A stretch of DNA of 59,842 bases from IMG/VR virus record IMGVR_UViG_3300030109_000604, positions 1 through 59,842 of that record; one strand, given 5' to 3'. This DNA is from a virus (Duplodnaviria; Caudoviricetes). The number at the start of each line of letters is the position of its first letter. Position 1 is the stretch's first letter. The translations under genes were made by a program, and so were the position numbers. Under the pieces are notes generated by a model. It ran no database searches. It had not been told where the DNA came from and was given only the letters and a program-made list of their open reading frames with translations. Below, one piece after another: positions 26,665 to 36,900 of the stretch.

Positions 26665-26693
26665 AGGGGGGGCGTATGCCCCCCTTATTCTTT
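26665..26693 (+). terminator. intrinsic terminator after the capsid gene
   Basis: GGGGGGGC-GTAT-GCCCCCCT followed by TATTCTTT. Confidence 0.75.
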
Positions 26694-26765
26694 CTGGGTG
26701 TTACTAGCCCTATCGACTGACCCAGCAGACGCTATGACGACGGTGGGGTTTATCTCTCATAGGAG
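26694..26765 (+). ncRNA. pseudoknotted RNA element downstream of the capsid gene (candidate Mu-gpT-DE motif)
   Basis: CUGGGU/ACCCAG crosses AGCCCUAUCG/CGGUGGGGUU; CUAUGA/UCAUAG overlaps the next SD; location matches the Mu-gpT-DE motif. Confidence 0.6.
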
Positions 26766-26771
26766 AATGAA

Positions 26772-27233
26772 ATGAGTTCGACGACTTTCTCAGGCCCGAT
26801 TAAAGCGGGGACCATTAAAGAAACTACCGGAACAGTGGTGGGCACCGACATGAAGAATGTCGGCCAAGTTGTTATGGCACAGTCCCACGCAATTGACCTT
26901 TCGGGTGGTGCTATTGCAGCGGGAACTACGGATGTAATTATTCCGGCTAATTCGCAGATTATTGATATCATCTTTGACATCATTACGGCTGCAAGTGGCA
27001 CGACCAACATTAGTGTTGGTAAGGTAGGTGGTTCGGCTACGGCATTTGTAAACGCCTACACAATTGGCACGACGGCTGGACGGCAGTACCCAACGACAAA
27101 AGCTGGCGGTGCTTTGGCGTGGGAAGATGTTGGAACCAGTGATGTAAGGATGAACGTCACCAACTCAGCGGCTACATCCTCTGGTGAAGTCAGGCTTACC
27201 TTCCTGTATCAGCAGAACACCAATTACGCTTAA
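26772..27233 (+). CDS. capsid-associated structural protein
   Basis: TTFSGPIKAG, IPANSQI.DI motifs. Confidence 0.7.
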   Translation: MSSTTFSGPIKAGTIKETTGTVVGTDMKNVGQVVMAQSHAIDLSGGAIAAGTTDVIIPANSQIIDIIFDIITAASGTTNISVGKVGGSATAFVNAYTIGTTAGRQYPTTKAGGALAWEDVGTSDVRMNVTNSAATSSGEVRLTFLYQQNTNYA

Positions 27234-27253
27234 GGAACTGGAAGGAGGTTCTG

Positions 27254-28231
27254 ATGACTAGTTTAAGGTCATTCACTTACACCTACTCAGGTTCTGCGGA
27301 AAACAAAAGTAACCCTGCGGCAGACACTGATGCCTGTGGAGATGCAGCTACGTTAACCGATGACCAGTTCTATATGCTGCTTGATGGCGGCATGGCAACG
27401 GCTGGTGATGGTGACGGCATCTGCACGTCTCAGAGCGTGACAGGGCAACTTAGTATCAACGGCGCAGACTCCGATGAAATCGGTGGAAAGCGACGTGTAA
27501 ACTTTGGCGTGTCTTCGCCTCGTAGGGTTTCTATATCTTCTAGTAACAACAACTCAAGTTTGACCTTTACAGTTAAAGGGCTGAACGGGAGTGGTCTGGA
27601 AGTAACGGAAACCCTTACAGGGCCTAATGCTGCCAGCGTCTACACTGTAAATTTGTTTTCTCGTGTGGACATGGTGTTTAGCAGCGGTACGACAAATGCT
27701 GTAACTGTTGGCGACAATGCCGGTCATGTAGATTTTGGTAGCCTGTGCCGCCAAATAAACATCACGTCTGATGGTAACTCCAGTGCGATTACGTTTACTG
27801 TCAGTGGCCTTGATGTTTATGGTGCGGTGCAAACCGAAGACATTACAGGGCCTAACTCTGGCACTGCTACCGGGTCTAAGTTTTTCAGGTTTGTGTCCTC
27901 AGTTAAAGCGTCAGCTTCTGACAGCAATAGTGTCAGCGCAGGCGTGATAGCTGGTATCCGTATTATGATTAACAATCAGGATACGCGCCTCAAGAACTGG
28001 TACATGGTGCAAGCTGCAAATGCTGCTAAAGCAGAGATTGCTATGGAAGATGGTGCAACATCTTCTGCGGCAGGCAGTGCGTTGCTTACCTTTAATCCGG
28101 GCCAAGGTGACGGGGTGGTTAACTACCCGGACGTTGGTGGATCTGGAATACGGTTTGCTACAAGCATGAGCTTTGATATGCCGGTAGATGTGGATCTTCT
28201 TACCTCAGCCACATTTATGTTTGATGGCTGA
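27254..28231 (+). CDS. structural protein with nested duplicated beta domains
   Basis: Two copies of R...I.S....S..TFTV.GL...G...TE..TGPN. Confidence 0.75.
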   Translation: MTSLRSFTYTYSGSAENKSNPAADTDACGDAATLTDDQFYMLLDGGMATAGDGDGICTSQSVTGQLSINGADSDEIGGKRRVNFGVSSPRRVSISSSNNNSSLTFTVKGLNGSGLEVTETLTGPNAASVYTVNLFSRVDMVFSSGTTNAVTVGDNAGHVDFGSLCRQINITSDGNSSAITFTVSGLDVYGAVQTEDITGPNSGTATGSKFFRFVSSVKASASDSNSVSAGVIAGIRIMINNQDTRLKNWYMVQAANAAKAEIAMEDGATSSAAGSALLTFNPGQGDGVVNYPDVGGSGIRFATSMSFDMPVDVDLLTSATFMFDG

Positions 28232-28388
28232 TAGTAAGTTGGCTGCTGAACTTATGGCGCATGAGCGAGAATGTGCTGTTCGGTGGGAAGCAATAGAAAA
28301 ACGATTGGCTCGTCTTGAGTTGATGAGTTGGGCGTTCAACATTGCTATTGTATCGGGGCTGTTTGCAATTGTGATGAAGGTTGTCTGA
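28224..28388 (+). CDS. small coiled-coil protein with C-terminal TM helix
   Basis: HERECAVRW..IEKRL.RLE followed by a hydrophobic helix. Confidence 0.7.
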   Translation: MADSKLAAELMAHERECAVRWEAIEKRLARLELMSWAFNIAIVSGLFAIVMKVV

Positions 28389-28798
28389 TGTCTTCTGCCC
28401 GTGACAAAAAAGTTGCGAAGGTTATGGGTGAGTATAAGCGTGGTACTCTTAAAAGCAGTTCAGGCAAAAAAGTTACGAATCGCAAACAAGCTCTGGCAAT
28501 AGCTAGTAGTGAAGGAGATAGAGTTATGCCTCAAGGTAAGGGTACTTATGGGAGCAAGCGTGGTCGTCCCCCGAAGAAGGCCATGTCGAAGGGTGGCCCG
28601 GCAAAGAAGAAACCTGCTGGAAAGAAGAAGCAGGGGTTCAATGCTCGTCTGGATGAGTCATTAGGCTCACGTAACAAGGCCAAAGGAAACTTGGGTTCTC
28701 GCCGCCGCGAGAGCGAAGGCATGGAGAAGAAGATGGGCCGTAAGAAGTTTGCAGCGGTCAAGACCATGGACAAGGGTTCAAGGAAGAGGAAAGCCTGA
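28388..28798 (+). CDS. basic protein (DUF6496-like N-terminus, AT-hook-like KRGRPPK)
   Basis: KVAKVMGEYKRGTL.S.SGKKV..RKQA.AIA.SE; internal SD plus ATG at 28526. Confidence 0.75.
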   Translation: MSSARDKKVAKVMGEYKRGTLKSSSGKKVTNRKQALAIASSEGDRVMPQGKGTYGSKRGRPPKKAMSKGGPAKKKPAGKKKQGFNARLDESLGSRNKAKGNLGSRRRESEGMEKKMGRKKFAAVKTMDKGSRKRKA

Positions 28799-29001
28799 TG
28801 CCGACATTAAATCCAAAGACGGCCTCCAAGAACAAGGTCAGCAACCAAGAAGCGTATGGCAGCATGCCCGTTGAGGTTGAAGGCACGGGTGGTGATGTCG
28901 GGGAAGCCAAGCAGCGCCGTGTCGCAGCCTATGGCAACAACAAAGGCGGTAATGTAATCAGGCAGACCAAGGGCCTGTTTACCTACGGCCCTATGGCGTA
29001 G
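28798..29001 (+). CDS. small hypothetical virion protein
   Basis: TGATG overlap; C-terminal TKG...GPMA. Confidence 0.65.
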   Translation: MPTLNPKTASKNKVSNQEAYGSMPVEVEGTGGDVGEAKQRRVAAYGNNKGGNVIRQTKGLFTYGPMA

Positions 29002-29010
29002 GAGGTTTGT

Positions 29011-29547
29011 GTGGCAGATATTTCTAGATACAGCCGAAATCCTAAAGTAGGTCGAGGTTACGATACAGCTTTGCCTGCTGAAAGAGAAGCGGAGTACACC
29101 AGAAGGGCAAGCCCTCTCGGTAAATATTCCCCTCGTGCAGCTATATTGTCAGGAGTAAGCAAAATGATTGATGCTTTCAGCGACGACGAAACGGCGAGAG
29201 GCAGGAGGCACGCAAGGGGCGCTGCTAAAAAAATGAAAATTGACGGCAAAAATCCTAAAGAAGGTGGCGGCATGGCAAGAGATATGCGTGATGGAATGGC
29301 TATGGGCGGGCGCACTCGTGTTCCCAGAGTAGACGATTCCAAGGTCCTTATGGAAGCTGGTGGGTACTCCGGTGGCTTGGCTGAGAGTGGTCGCGGCACA
29401 ATGGCTGGAGAGATGGGCCGCAAAGGATCTATGTCTGTGCGTGAGGCTGGCGAGGATATGTTTGAACTCAGCAAGCGCAAGCGTGGTATGCAAGGCGGTG
29501 GCGCTGCAAGTTCTTATAACCGTCGCTACAACAACCAGAACAAGTAA
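29011..29547 (+). CDS. basic Gly/Met-rich protein
   Basis: SD AGGAGG plus GTG; several MxxGG motifs. Confidence 0.7.
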   Translation: MADISRYSRNPKVGRGYDTALPAEREAEYTRRASPLGKYSPRAAILSGVSKMIDAFSDDETARGRRHARGAAKKMKIDGKNPKEGGGMARDMRDGMAMGGRTRVPRVDDSKVLMEAGGYSGGLAESGRGTMAGEMGRKGSMSVREAGEDMFELSKRKRGMQGGGAASSYNRRYNNQNK

Positions 29548-29553
29548 CCCGTC

Positions 29554-30255
29554 ATGGCTGTTGAGACGACTGCCACTTTCAATCTTGATATAAACGAGAT
29601 GGCCGAAGAGGCGTTTGAGCGTTGTGGTCTGGAGATGCGTACAGGTTACGACCTTCAAACCGCAAGGCGCAGCCTCAATCTTATGGGTCTTGAGTGGCAG
29701 AACCGTGGACTAAATTTGTGGTGCATTGAGGAAAAATACTTCGATTTCACGCAGGGCACACAAAAGTACACGCTTGATGCAGACACGATTGATGTAATCG
29801 AAGCGGTTGTTCGGACAAACCCCGGTACCCAGAACCTACAGATCGACTCAAGTATCTCGCGGGTATCTCCCGTTACATACGCAACAATCCCTGACAAGTT
29901 GGAGCAGGGACGCCCAAATCAGTATTGGGTAGACAGGCAACGTGCTGCGCCCGTTATTCATATCTACCCAACGGCGAGTAGTGACTTCACCAGCGCACAG
30001 TTTGTGTACTGGCGAGTAAGACGCATGACTGATACGGGTATCAAGGGTTCTAACAACTATGATATTCCCGCGTTGTTTCTCCCGGCTATGGTCGCTGGGC
30101 TTGCGTACTATATCGCTCTCAAGAAGCCTGAGGTGTCAGACCGTGTGAGCATGCTCAAGCAAATATATGAAGAGCAGTTCCAGTTAGCCGCAGAAGAGAA
30201 CAGGGTCAAAGCACCGTTCCGGTTAATTCCGCTAGCGGAGTATTACTCAGCATGA
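29554..30255 (+). CDS. head-tail adaptor / tail tubular protein
   Basis: EEAFERCG...ARRSLNL...W.NRGLNLW, Y..IP.K...GRP.QY, GLAYYIA.K. Confidence 0.75.
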   Translation: MAVETTATFNLDINEMAEEAFERCGLEMRTGYDLQTARRSLNLMGLEWQNRGLNLWCIEEKYFDFTQGTQKYTLDADTIDVIEAVVRTNPGTQNLQIDSSISRVSPVTYATIPDKLEQGRPNQYWVDRQRAAPVIHIYPTASSDFTSAQFVYWRVRRMTDTGIKGSNNYDIPALFLPAMVAGLAYYIALKKPEVSDRVSMLKQIYEEQFQLAAEENRVKAPFRLIPLAEYYSA

Positions 30256-30605
30256 GTTACCCGTATGCGCGAGGCAAATATGCTTATGGGTACTGTGACA
30301 AGACAGGCTTCCGGTATCCGTTGAGTGAACTTGTGTACGAAGTGCAGAAGGGAATACGCACGGGACTTCGCGTGGGCAAGGATGTTTTTGATCCTGACCA
30401 GCCCCAGAACTGGGTGGGCGCTATTCCTATTAGCGATCCACAGGCTTTGTTTGATCCTCGTCCTAATGGGGCTACGGCAGGCCGGGGGTTGTTTTCTTGG
30501 GACCCGGTGGGGGACGGTAACAGCGCGAAGGTCTTGGGAGATCAAGGCATGCAGACGATGCAGATTGATTCTGCTATTGGCACAGTGACCATTGTAACGA
30601 GTTGA
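30252..30605 (+). CDS. conserved tail-module protein
   Basis: YA.GKYA...CD.TGFRY...D.DQPQ...DPQAL..PRP. Confidence 0.7.
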   Translation: MSYPYARGKYAYGYCDKTGFRYPLSELVYEVQKGIRTGLRVGKDVFDPDQPQNWVGAIPISDPQALFDPRPNGATAGRGLFSWDPVGDGNSAKVLGDQGMQTMQIDSAIGTVTIVTS

Positions 30606-30609
30606 TATT

Positions 30610-31251
30610 ATGGCATTAACATATTCAACATTAGTTCAAGCCATTAAAGATTATACGGACTACGAGGAAGCAGTTTTCGATTCTCAAATAGACCGGTTTA
30701 TCTCAAATGCTGAACAACGGATTTTGCTTGATGTTCAGTTGCCTGTCTTTAGAAAAAACCAACAGGGCACACTCAATGCAGACAATAAGTATCTTGCGCT
30801 GCCTAGTGATTTTCTTGCGCCGTTTTCTTTATCGGTTGTGTCGTCAAACACCTACGACTTCCTTTTAAACAAGGACGTTAATTTTATTCAAGAGTCTTAC
30901 CCTGACACAACTGAAACAGGTAAGCCAAAGTTCTACGCAATCTTTGATGATACCAATCTTATTGTAGCCCCGATGCCTGATGCAGCGTACACGATGGAGT
31001 TTCATTACTTCTACGCGCCTGATGGCTTGTCTGCTGCGAACACGTCAACATGGCTTTCAAGCAATGCTTACGATTCGTTGCTGTATGCCGCTCTTGTGGA
31101 GGCCTACATTTTTATGAAGGGCGACACAGAGTTGTTGAGTTACTATCAGGGACGCTATCAAGAAACGCTGCCAAGGCTCAAGAACTTGGGTGAAGGCCGC
31201 GACAGAAAAGATGTGTACCGTTCAGGACAACTTAGGATTCCGGTGACATGA
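30610..31251 (+). CDS. head-tail adaptor-like protein
   Basis: TY..L..AI.DY, FI..AE.RI, G.PKFYA, TWLS.NA...LLY..LVEAY.FMKG. Confidence 0.75.
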   Translation: MALTYSTLVQAIKDYTDYEEAVFDSQIDRFISNAEQRILLDVQLPVFRKNQQGTLNADNKYLALPSDFLAPFSLSVVSSNTYDFLLNKDVNFIQESYPDTTETGKPKFYAIFDDTNLIVAPMPDAAYTMEFHYFYAPDGLSAANTSTWLSSNAYDSLLYAALVEAYIFMKGDTELLSYYQGRYQETLPRLKNLGEGRDRKDVYRSGQLRIPVT

Positions 31252-31544
31252 GTTTAGAAGGATCGGTTGGAAGCGGAGAGATTGGCCCGGTTACTGTTCA
31301 TACTACCCAGAACAGGGGGCACTCTCCTGAGGAAATAGCAGAGATGTGCGTTAACAAGATTGTTCACATCTCTCAAGATGCGCCGCCGCATGTGCGCGAA
31401 CAGGCCCTTGCCTTCCGCGAGAAGGTGAAAGCAGTGGTTGCAGAATATATGCACAGGGCCGTGCAGAGTGACCGTACAACCCTGTGGAACGTCCTAAAGA
31501 ACGAAGGGTTCCACGACGAAGCTGAGATCATAAGGAGACTCTAA
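31248..31544 (+). CDS. conserved hypothetical protein
   Basis: V.TT..RGH.PEEIAE....KI..IS..APP...QA.AF. Confidence 0.75.
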   Translation: MSLEGSVGSGEIGPVTVHTTQNRGHSPEEIAEMCVNKIVHISQDAPPHVREQALAFREKVKAVVAEYMHRAVQSDRTTLWNVLKNEGFHDEAEIIRRL

Positions 31545-32050
31545 TGGCAATCAACCAAGCAATGTGCGGTTCTTATAAGCAAGAGATTACCGCAGGGATT
31601 CATTTCTGGGTTCAGCACACGCGAACCTCAAGCACTATAGCCGCCGACACGTTCTATATTGCAATGTTCACTGCTAGTCGAACAGATGCAAATGAGGACC
31701 TCACTGGCTACACGGCAACGAACGAAGTCAGCGGCACAAACTATACTGCCAAAGGGCAGGCTTTAACTAGCGTTACCCTTGGGTTATCGGACAACAGCAG
31801 TGCGGTGCCTACAGCGTTTCTTGATTTTGCGGATACGACATGGAGTTCCTCGACTATATCTAACGCACGGGTTGCCGTTATATATAACTACACTTTGTCT
31901 TCCGCAGGAACTGGCGCAACTGTAAATCACGCGGCTTATCCTTCTGTGTGCGTGTTAGACTTTGGTGGGAACAAGTCCTCCAGTTCTGGAGACTTCACCA
32001 TTCAGTATCCTGCCAACGACGCGAACAACGCCATTATAAGATTGGCGTAG
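31544..32050 (+). CDS. tail structural protein
   Basis: AI.QAMC.S.K.E, NEVSGT.Y.A.G..L, VLDFGG.K....GDFTIQ.P. Confidence 0.75.
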   Translation: MAINQAMCGSYKQEITAGIHFWVQHTRTSSTIAADTFYIAMFTASRTDANEDLTGYTATNEVSGTNYTAKGQALTSVTLGLSDNSSAVPTAFLDFADTTWSSSTISNARVAVIYNYTLSSAGTGATVNHAAYPSVCVLDFGGNKSSSSGDFTIQYPANDANNAIIRLA

Positions 32051-32053
32051 TCT

Positions 32054-32665
32054 ATGTCCTCTGTAACCATTATCTTTGGCACTGGCTGGGGAAGGGCTGG
32101 CTGGAACCAAGGTGCGTGGAACGCAGGGGGTATAAGCTCTTTATCTATAGCGAGCGCTGTTAATAGCGTTACGGCGGTAGAGGGTGCAGGTGTAACAGTG
32201 TCTCCGTCTGCGGTGCAGGCAATCTTTTCTTTCGGCACATACAGTGTTGGCGAAGGCACAGGAATTACAATAGTTGAGTCGGGCGTGTCTGCGGCTTCTG
32301 CTATTGGAACGGGGTACACAGTTTCTGGGAAGGCGGTTGTATCGCCAACAGAAGTAGGGAGCGTATCAGCTAGTTTCTCTCTTGGAACTTTTGATGTTAC
32401 GGGCGGCATTGCGTTCTCAGTGACGGGAGTTCAGGCGGTAGGCACCACAGGAACTGAAACTGTCGTCGAGGGAACGGGAATTGCAGTAGCGACGACAGGG
32501 ACTCAAGCAGCCAGTGCAATTGGTACGGTGACCCCGGCCAGCATGGTTGTTGGTGTGACAGGTGTTTCAATTTCGGGGACAATAAACTATCCGGTTATAT
32601 GGCAACCTATTGTTCCTGACCAATCTCCAGATTGGGTTCCCATAGGCAGCAGAGACGCAGCGTGA
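32054..32665 (+). CDS. tail fibre-like beta-repeat protein
   Basis: GWGR.GW..GAW N-terminus and V.G..A...IGT repeats. Confidence 0.7.
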   Translation: MSSVTIIFGTGWGRAGWNQGAWNAGGISSLSIASAVNSVTAVEGAGVTVSPSAVQAIFSFGTYSVGEGTGITIVESGVSAASAIGTGYTVSGKAVVSPTEVGSVSASFSLGTFDVTGGIAFSVTGVQAVGTTGTETVVEGTGIAVATTGTQAASAIGTVTPASMVVGVTGVSISGTINYPVIWQPIVPDQSPDWVPIGSRDAA

Positions 32666-32672
32666 GGTAAAA

Positions 32673-33986
32673 ATGGCAAGTACATACACAACAAATTTTG
32701 GTATCGAAAAAATTGGGTCTGGCGATCAGTCTGGCTCATGGGGCACCACGACCAACTTTAACTTGGACATCCTAGATCGTGTGGCTTCTTTCAAAGCCGT
32801 TGCGCTAACTGGAACCACACACACCCTAACTGTTAGGGAGGCTTCCCCAGACTCTGGGACAGAAAACCTTCAGGATGGAATGTTCCGCGTCATTAAGTTT
32901 ACGGGGGCGCTTGGTGCAAACAATACTGTGACCGTAGCTCCGAATACGACGACGGCATACTTTATCTTTGTTAACTCGACAACGGACTCTGGCTCTAGTG
33001 GCCCGTACTCTGTGGTTATAAAGCAGGGTTCCGGTGCTGAAATTACCATTCCAAACGGGCACTCATCGGTTGTTTTCTGTGACGGCGCAGGATCTGGCGC
33101 TGCTGTAACGGATGCCTTTGCAAAGCTGTACGTCTCTGATGCGATACAGATTGGATCTGGTGCCGCAGAGGACACAAAGATTGTTTTCGATGGTAACGCC
33201 CAAGACTTCTACGTTGGCCTAGACGATTCAGCCGATGACTTGATTATTGGATCTGGTTCTGCTGTAGGCACCAACCCAGCAATAGCTGTTGATGAAAACC
33301 AACTAGTGACCTTCCCAGCGGCAGCGGTGACCATTGGTGACGGCACAGCGGAAGACACGAAGCTGGTGTATGATGGCAACGCTAAAGATTTCTATGTTGG
33401 CTTAGATGACAGCGCAGATAAGTTAGTAATCGGTGTTGGTTCGACTGTTGGAACAAATCCTATTATAACTCTTGATGATGACTCCGTAGTAATTGGTGAT
33501 GGCGATGCGGTAGACACAAAAGTTGTGTTTGATGGTAACGCTCAGGATTTCTACATAGGGCTAGATGATTCGGCTGATGATCTAGTGTTTGGTCAGGGGT
33601 CAACGGTTGGCACCAATGTTGCCTTTGCGATTGATGAGAACCAAGTTACGCAGTTTAGTCATGCTGCGGTAGGCTCTACGCAGACAGCTTCAATCTCTGG
33701 CAATACCACATTGGACTTTCAAACGTACCAGAACTTTGTTTTGACCTTTACAGGCAACGTAACGCTCGACAACCCAACGACTGAAGCAGTTGGTCAATCT
33801 GGATTTATCTTTGTAATTCAAGATGGGACGGGAAGCAGAACGCTTGCGCTGGGAACTGATTACGAGACAGTAGGAGGTGCGGGCTTGACTATTTCAACAA
33901 CGGCTTCGGCAGTTGATCTCATCCCATATGTTGTTAAAGCGAGCGGGTCTATCCAGTTAGGCACCGCGCAGTTGGCGTTTGCCTAA
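32673..33986 (+). CDS. tail fibre protein with three approximately 62-aa repeats
   Basis: MASTYT...G.QSG.WG.TTN.N; three copies of DTK.V.DGNA.DFY.GLDDSAD.L..G.GS.VGTN; C-terminal IQDGTGSRTL. Confidence 0.85.
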   Translation: MASTYTTNFGIEKIGSGDQSGSWGTTTNFNLDILDRVASFKAVALTGTTHTLTVREASPDSGTENLQDGMFRVIKFTGALGANNTVTVAPNTTTAYFIFVNSTTDSGSSGPYSVVIKQGSGAEITIPNGHSSVVFCDGAGSGAAVTDAFAKLYVSDAIQIGSGAAEDTKIVFDGNAQDFYVGLDDSADDLIIGSGSAVGTNPAIAVDENQLVTFPAAAVTIGDGTAEDTKLVYDGNAKDFYVGLDDSADKLVIGVGSTVGTNPIITLDDDSVVIGDGDAVDTKVVFDGNAQDFYIGLDDSADDLVFGQGSTVGTNVAFAIDENQVTQFSHAAVGSTQTASISGNTTLDFQTYQNFVLTFTGNVTLDNPTTEAVGQSGFIFVIQDGTGSRTLALGTDYETVGGAGLTISTTASAVDLIPYVVKASGSIQLGTAQLAFA

Positions 33987-36900
33987 TGCCTATTTGGTCG
34001 CCAGCGCTGTTCTTCGCTTCAACTAGCGACACGGCGTATACCATACAGGACTCTGTGATGCTTGATGGCAGCGCAGATTACTTGACGCTTACGCCAAGTT
34101 TTAATGCTTTAGACAATACCAAGGTTACTTTCTCATGGTGGCAGAAGCGCTCTACTCTTAGCACTGTAAGCTGGTTGTATGACGCTGGAAGCAACAACGA
34201 TCAAATGCAATTCGCAGCAGCGGATGATTTAGAAGTTTCCTTAAATGCCACTACAGATGCTTACTTAAATACAACAGCACTTTTCCGTGACCCGACAGCG
34301 TGGCAAAATTTTGTTGTATCGTTTGACACAGGTAACTCAACTTCTGGAGACAGAATGAGGATCTGGAATAATGGTACGGAAATAACTGCTTTTGATACAG
34401 ATACTATGCCAAGCGCCGGGTACGCTTTGGATTTTCTTGCAAACGGCATTGTTCAAAACCTTGGAAGACGAGGCAACAACTCTCAATTTTGGGGAGGCTA
34501 CCTTGCAGAGTTCATTGGCTTAGACGGCATATCTGTTACTGATGCGTCGAAGTTTGGAGAAACAAATGATGACGGCATATGGATTCCGAAAGATCCATCA
34601 GATACAGACAACATAGCCGATTGGGGTGGTAGCAACTCATTTTGGTTGAAGTTCGCAGATGCAACAAACTTAGGCTTTAACAGCAGGCCCACGGCAGTTA
34701 CGGCTGTTGCGGAGACTTACAAGATAGATAACTCGCTGTGGTTAGATGGTAGCGCGGACTATCTATCAAGAACGCCTTCTTCAACTGGAACACCAAAAAC
34801 ACAGACCTTTTCTTTTTGGACAAAAGCTAACGTCACCTCTGGCGATACCGCAATATTTGGAGCTTGGCCTGACGACAGCAACCACAGCTACATTGACTTT
34901 AATGGTGGAGGGGCGGGAATACTTAGAACTGCTGTTCAGGTTAGTGGGTCAAATAAACTAGATTTACGACCAACACCCGTCTACCTAGACACCACTGCGT
35001 GGAAGCATTGGGTTTTCATTTATGACTTCACCAATGAAGTATCAACAGACCGTTGCCGGGTTTACCGAAACGGTGTTCGCATAAATGCTTTTGGGACCGC
35101 AACATACCCAGCAACAACTGATACTCCGCATTGGGCTACGTCAGGCACACCAGAAACAATCGGGGCTGTAAAGCCTTCAAGCCCGGTGTGGTTCGCAAAT
35201 ATTTATCTAGCAGACTTTATTCGACTTGATGGATACGCAGCAGAGCCTACAGATTTTGGTGGTTGGAACGCTACCGGAGATTGGGTGCCTATTGATCCCA
35301 CATCTTTTGTGACATCTAACAAAGGCACGAATGGGTTTCACTTAGACTTTGCAGACCCAAGTGCGCCGGGAAATGATATAAGCGGCAACAACAATGATTT
35401 TGCTGCTAATGGCACTATTGCTACAACTCAGACAACTACTGATTCACCCACTAACACCTCTGGTGACAATGAAGGCAACTACGCCACGCTTAACCCTCTT
35501 AGTAAAAGTTCAGGTGGTGCAACCACTGCAACAATTAGTGAGGGCAATACAAGATGGCTTCGGCCTAATGACGGTAGCAATAACCAACAATGCTACGCCA
35601 CCTTTGGCGCAGATGAGGGCAAGTTCTATTTCGAGTTTAAGTTGCTTCAAGCCAACAACGGGTTTGATACTGGACTTTTTGCCGAAGGGGAAATAAACGG
35701 CAACGAAGGCGCTGGCTATACGGGTTATGATGTTCAGGGGTATTACCTTGAGAACTATGGAACTGGTGTTGTATGGAAGGTGACCACCGCTGATGGATCA
35801 GGGGGTGGCTCAAGGACGGACACTGGGGACAGTTGCACAGCAAACGATGTGATGAAGATTGCCGTAGATTTTGACGCTGGGAAAATCTGGTTAGGAAATG
35901 TCACTCAAGATACCTATTACAATTCATCTGGGGCAGATGTAGCTTTTAACACAAGCACGCCAACCTTTACGTTCACAGCTAACACGCGACTGTTCCCTTA
36001 TATCTTTGGTCACGCCCAAATAAACGAAGCGAAGTTTCGCTTTAACCCAGCATTGTGGACAGGCTCCGCACCAACTGGGTTTAAGCCTTGGAACACATCG
36101 GAGCTTCCATCACCAACTGTGACTGATCCACGAGCATATTGGTCTAATTCTTTATATTATGGCACTGCTCAAAATCGTTCAGTACGTCAATGTTTTGATA
36201 GTACAGGTACAGCATGGACACCTGATTTTGTATGGATAAAAGGTCGTAGTCATGCTGGTGAGCATGTACTTCTTGATTCTGTTAGAGGCGTTACTAAAGT
36301 TTTAACGCCAGATAGTAACGCCGCTGAATTTACTGATACAAAATCTTTAACGTCATTTGATGAAGGCGGGTTTACTCTGGGCGTTGGTGATGATCGAAAC
36401 GATAGCAATGACGATGGTAAAACCTATGTAGCTTGGTGCATGAAGGCAGGAGGTGCTGCTTCAAGTAATGGCAACGGTAGTATTACAAGCTCAGTAAGCG
36501 CAGCAAATCACGGCGGGTTTTCTATTGCAACGTGGACGGGAAATGGCAGTGCGGGTGCGACTATTGGTCATGGGTTAAGTCGCAAACCCGCAATGGGTAT
36601 CTTTCGGCGTTTATCACTAGCGCAAGACTGGGCGGTTTACCATGAAGGATTAGATGCCTCTGCCCCAGAAGATAAGTATGTCAATTTAAATTTAACTAAT
36701 GACGTGCAAGATGCTACATGGCTCAACGATACTGCGCCAACTACATCTGTATGGACACTTGGCACAAGCGGATATGTCAATACATCCAGCGAAACTTTTG
36801 TGGGGTACTTTTTTGCTAGGACACCAGGATTAATTGGTATCGGGACGTACACTGGTAACAACTCTACTGACGGCCCAATGGTAACCATTGATGACGGCGC

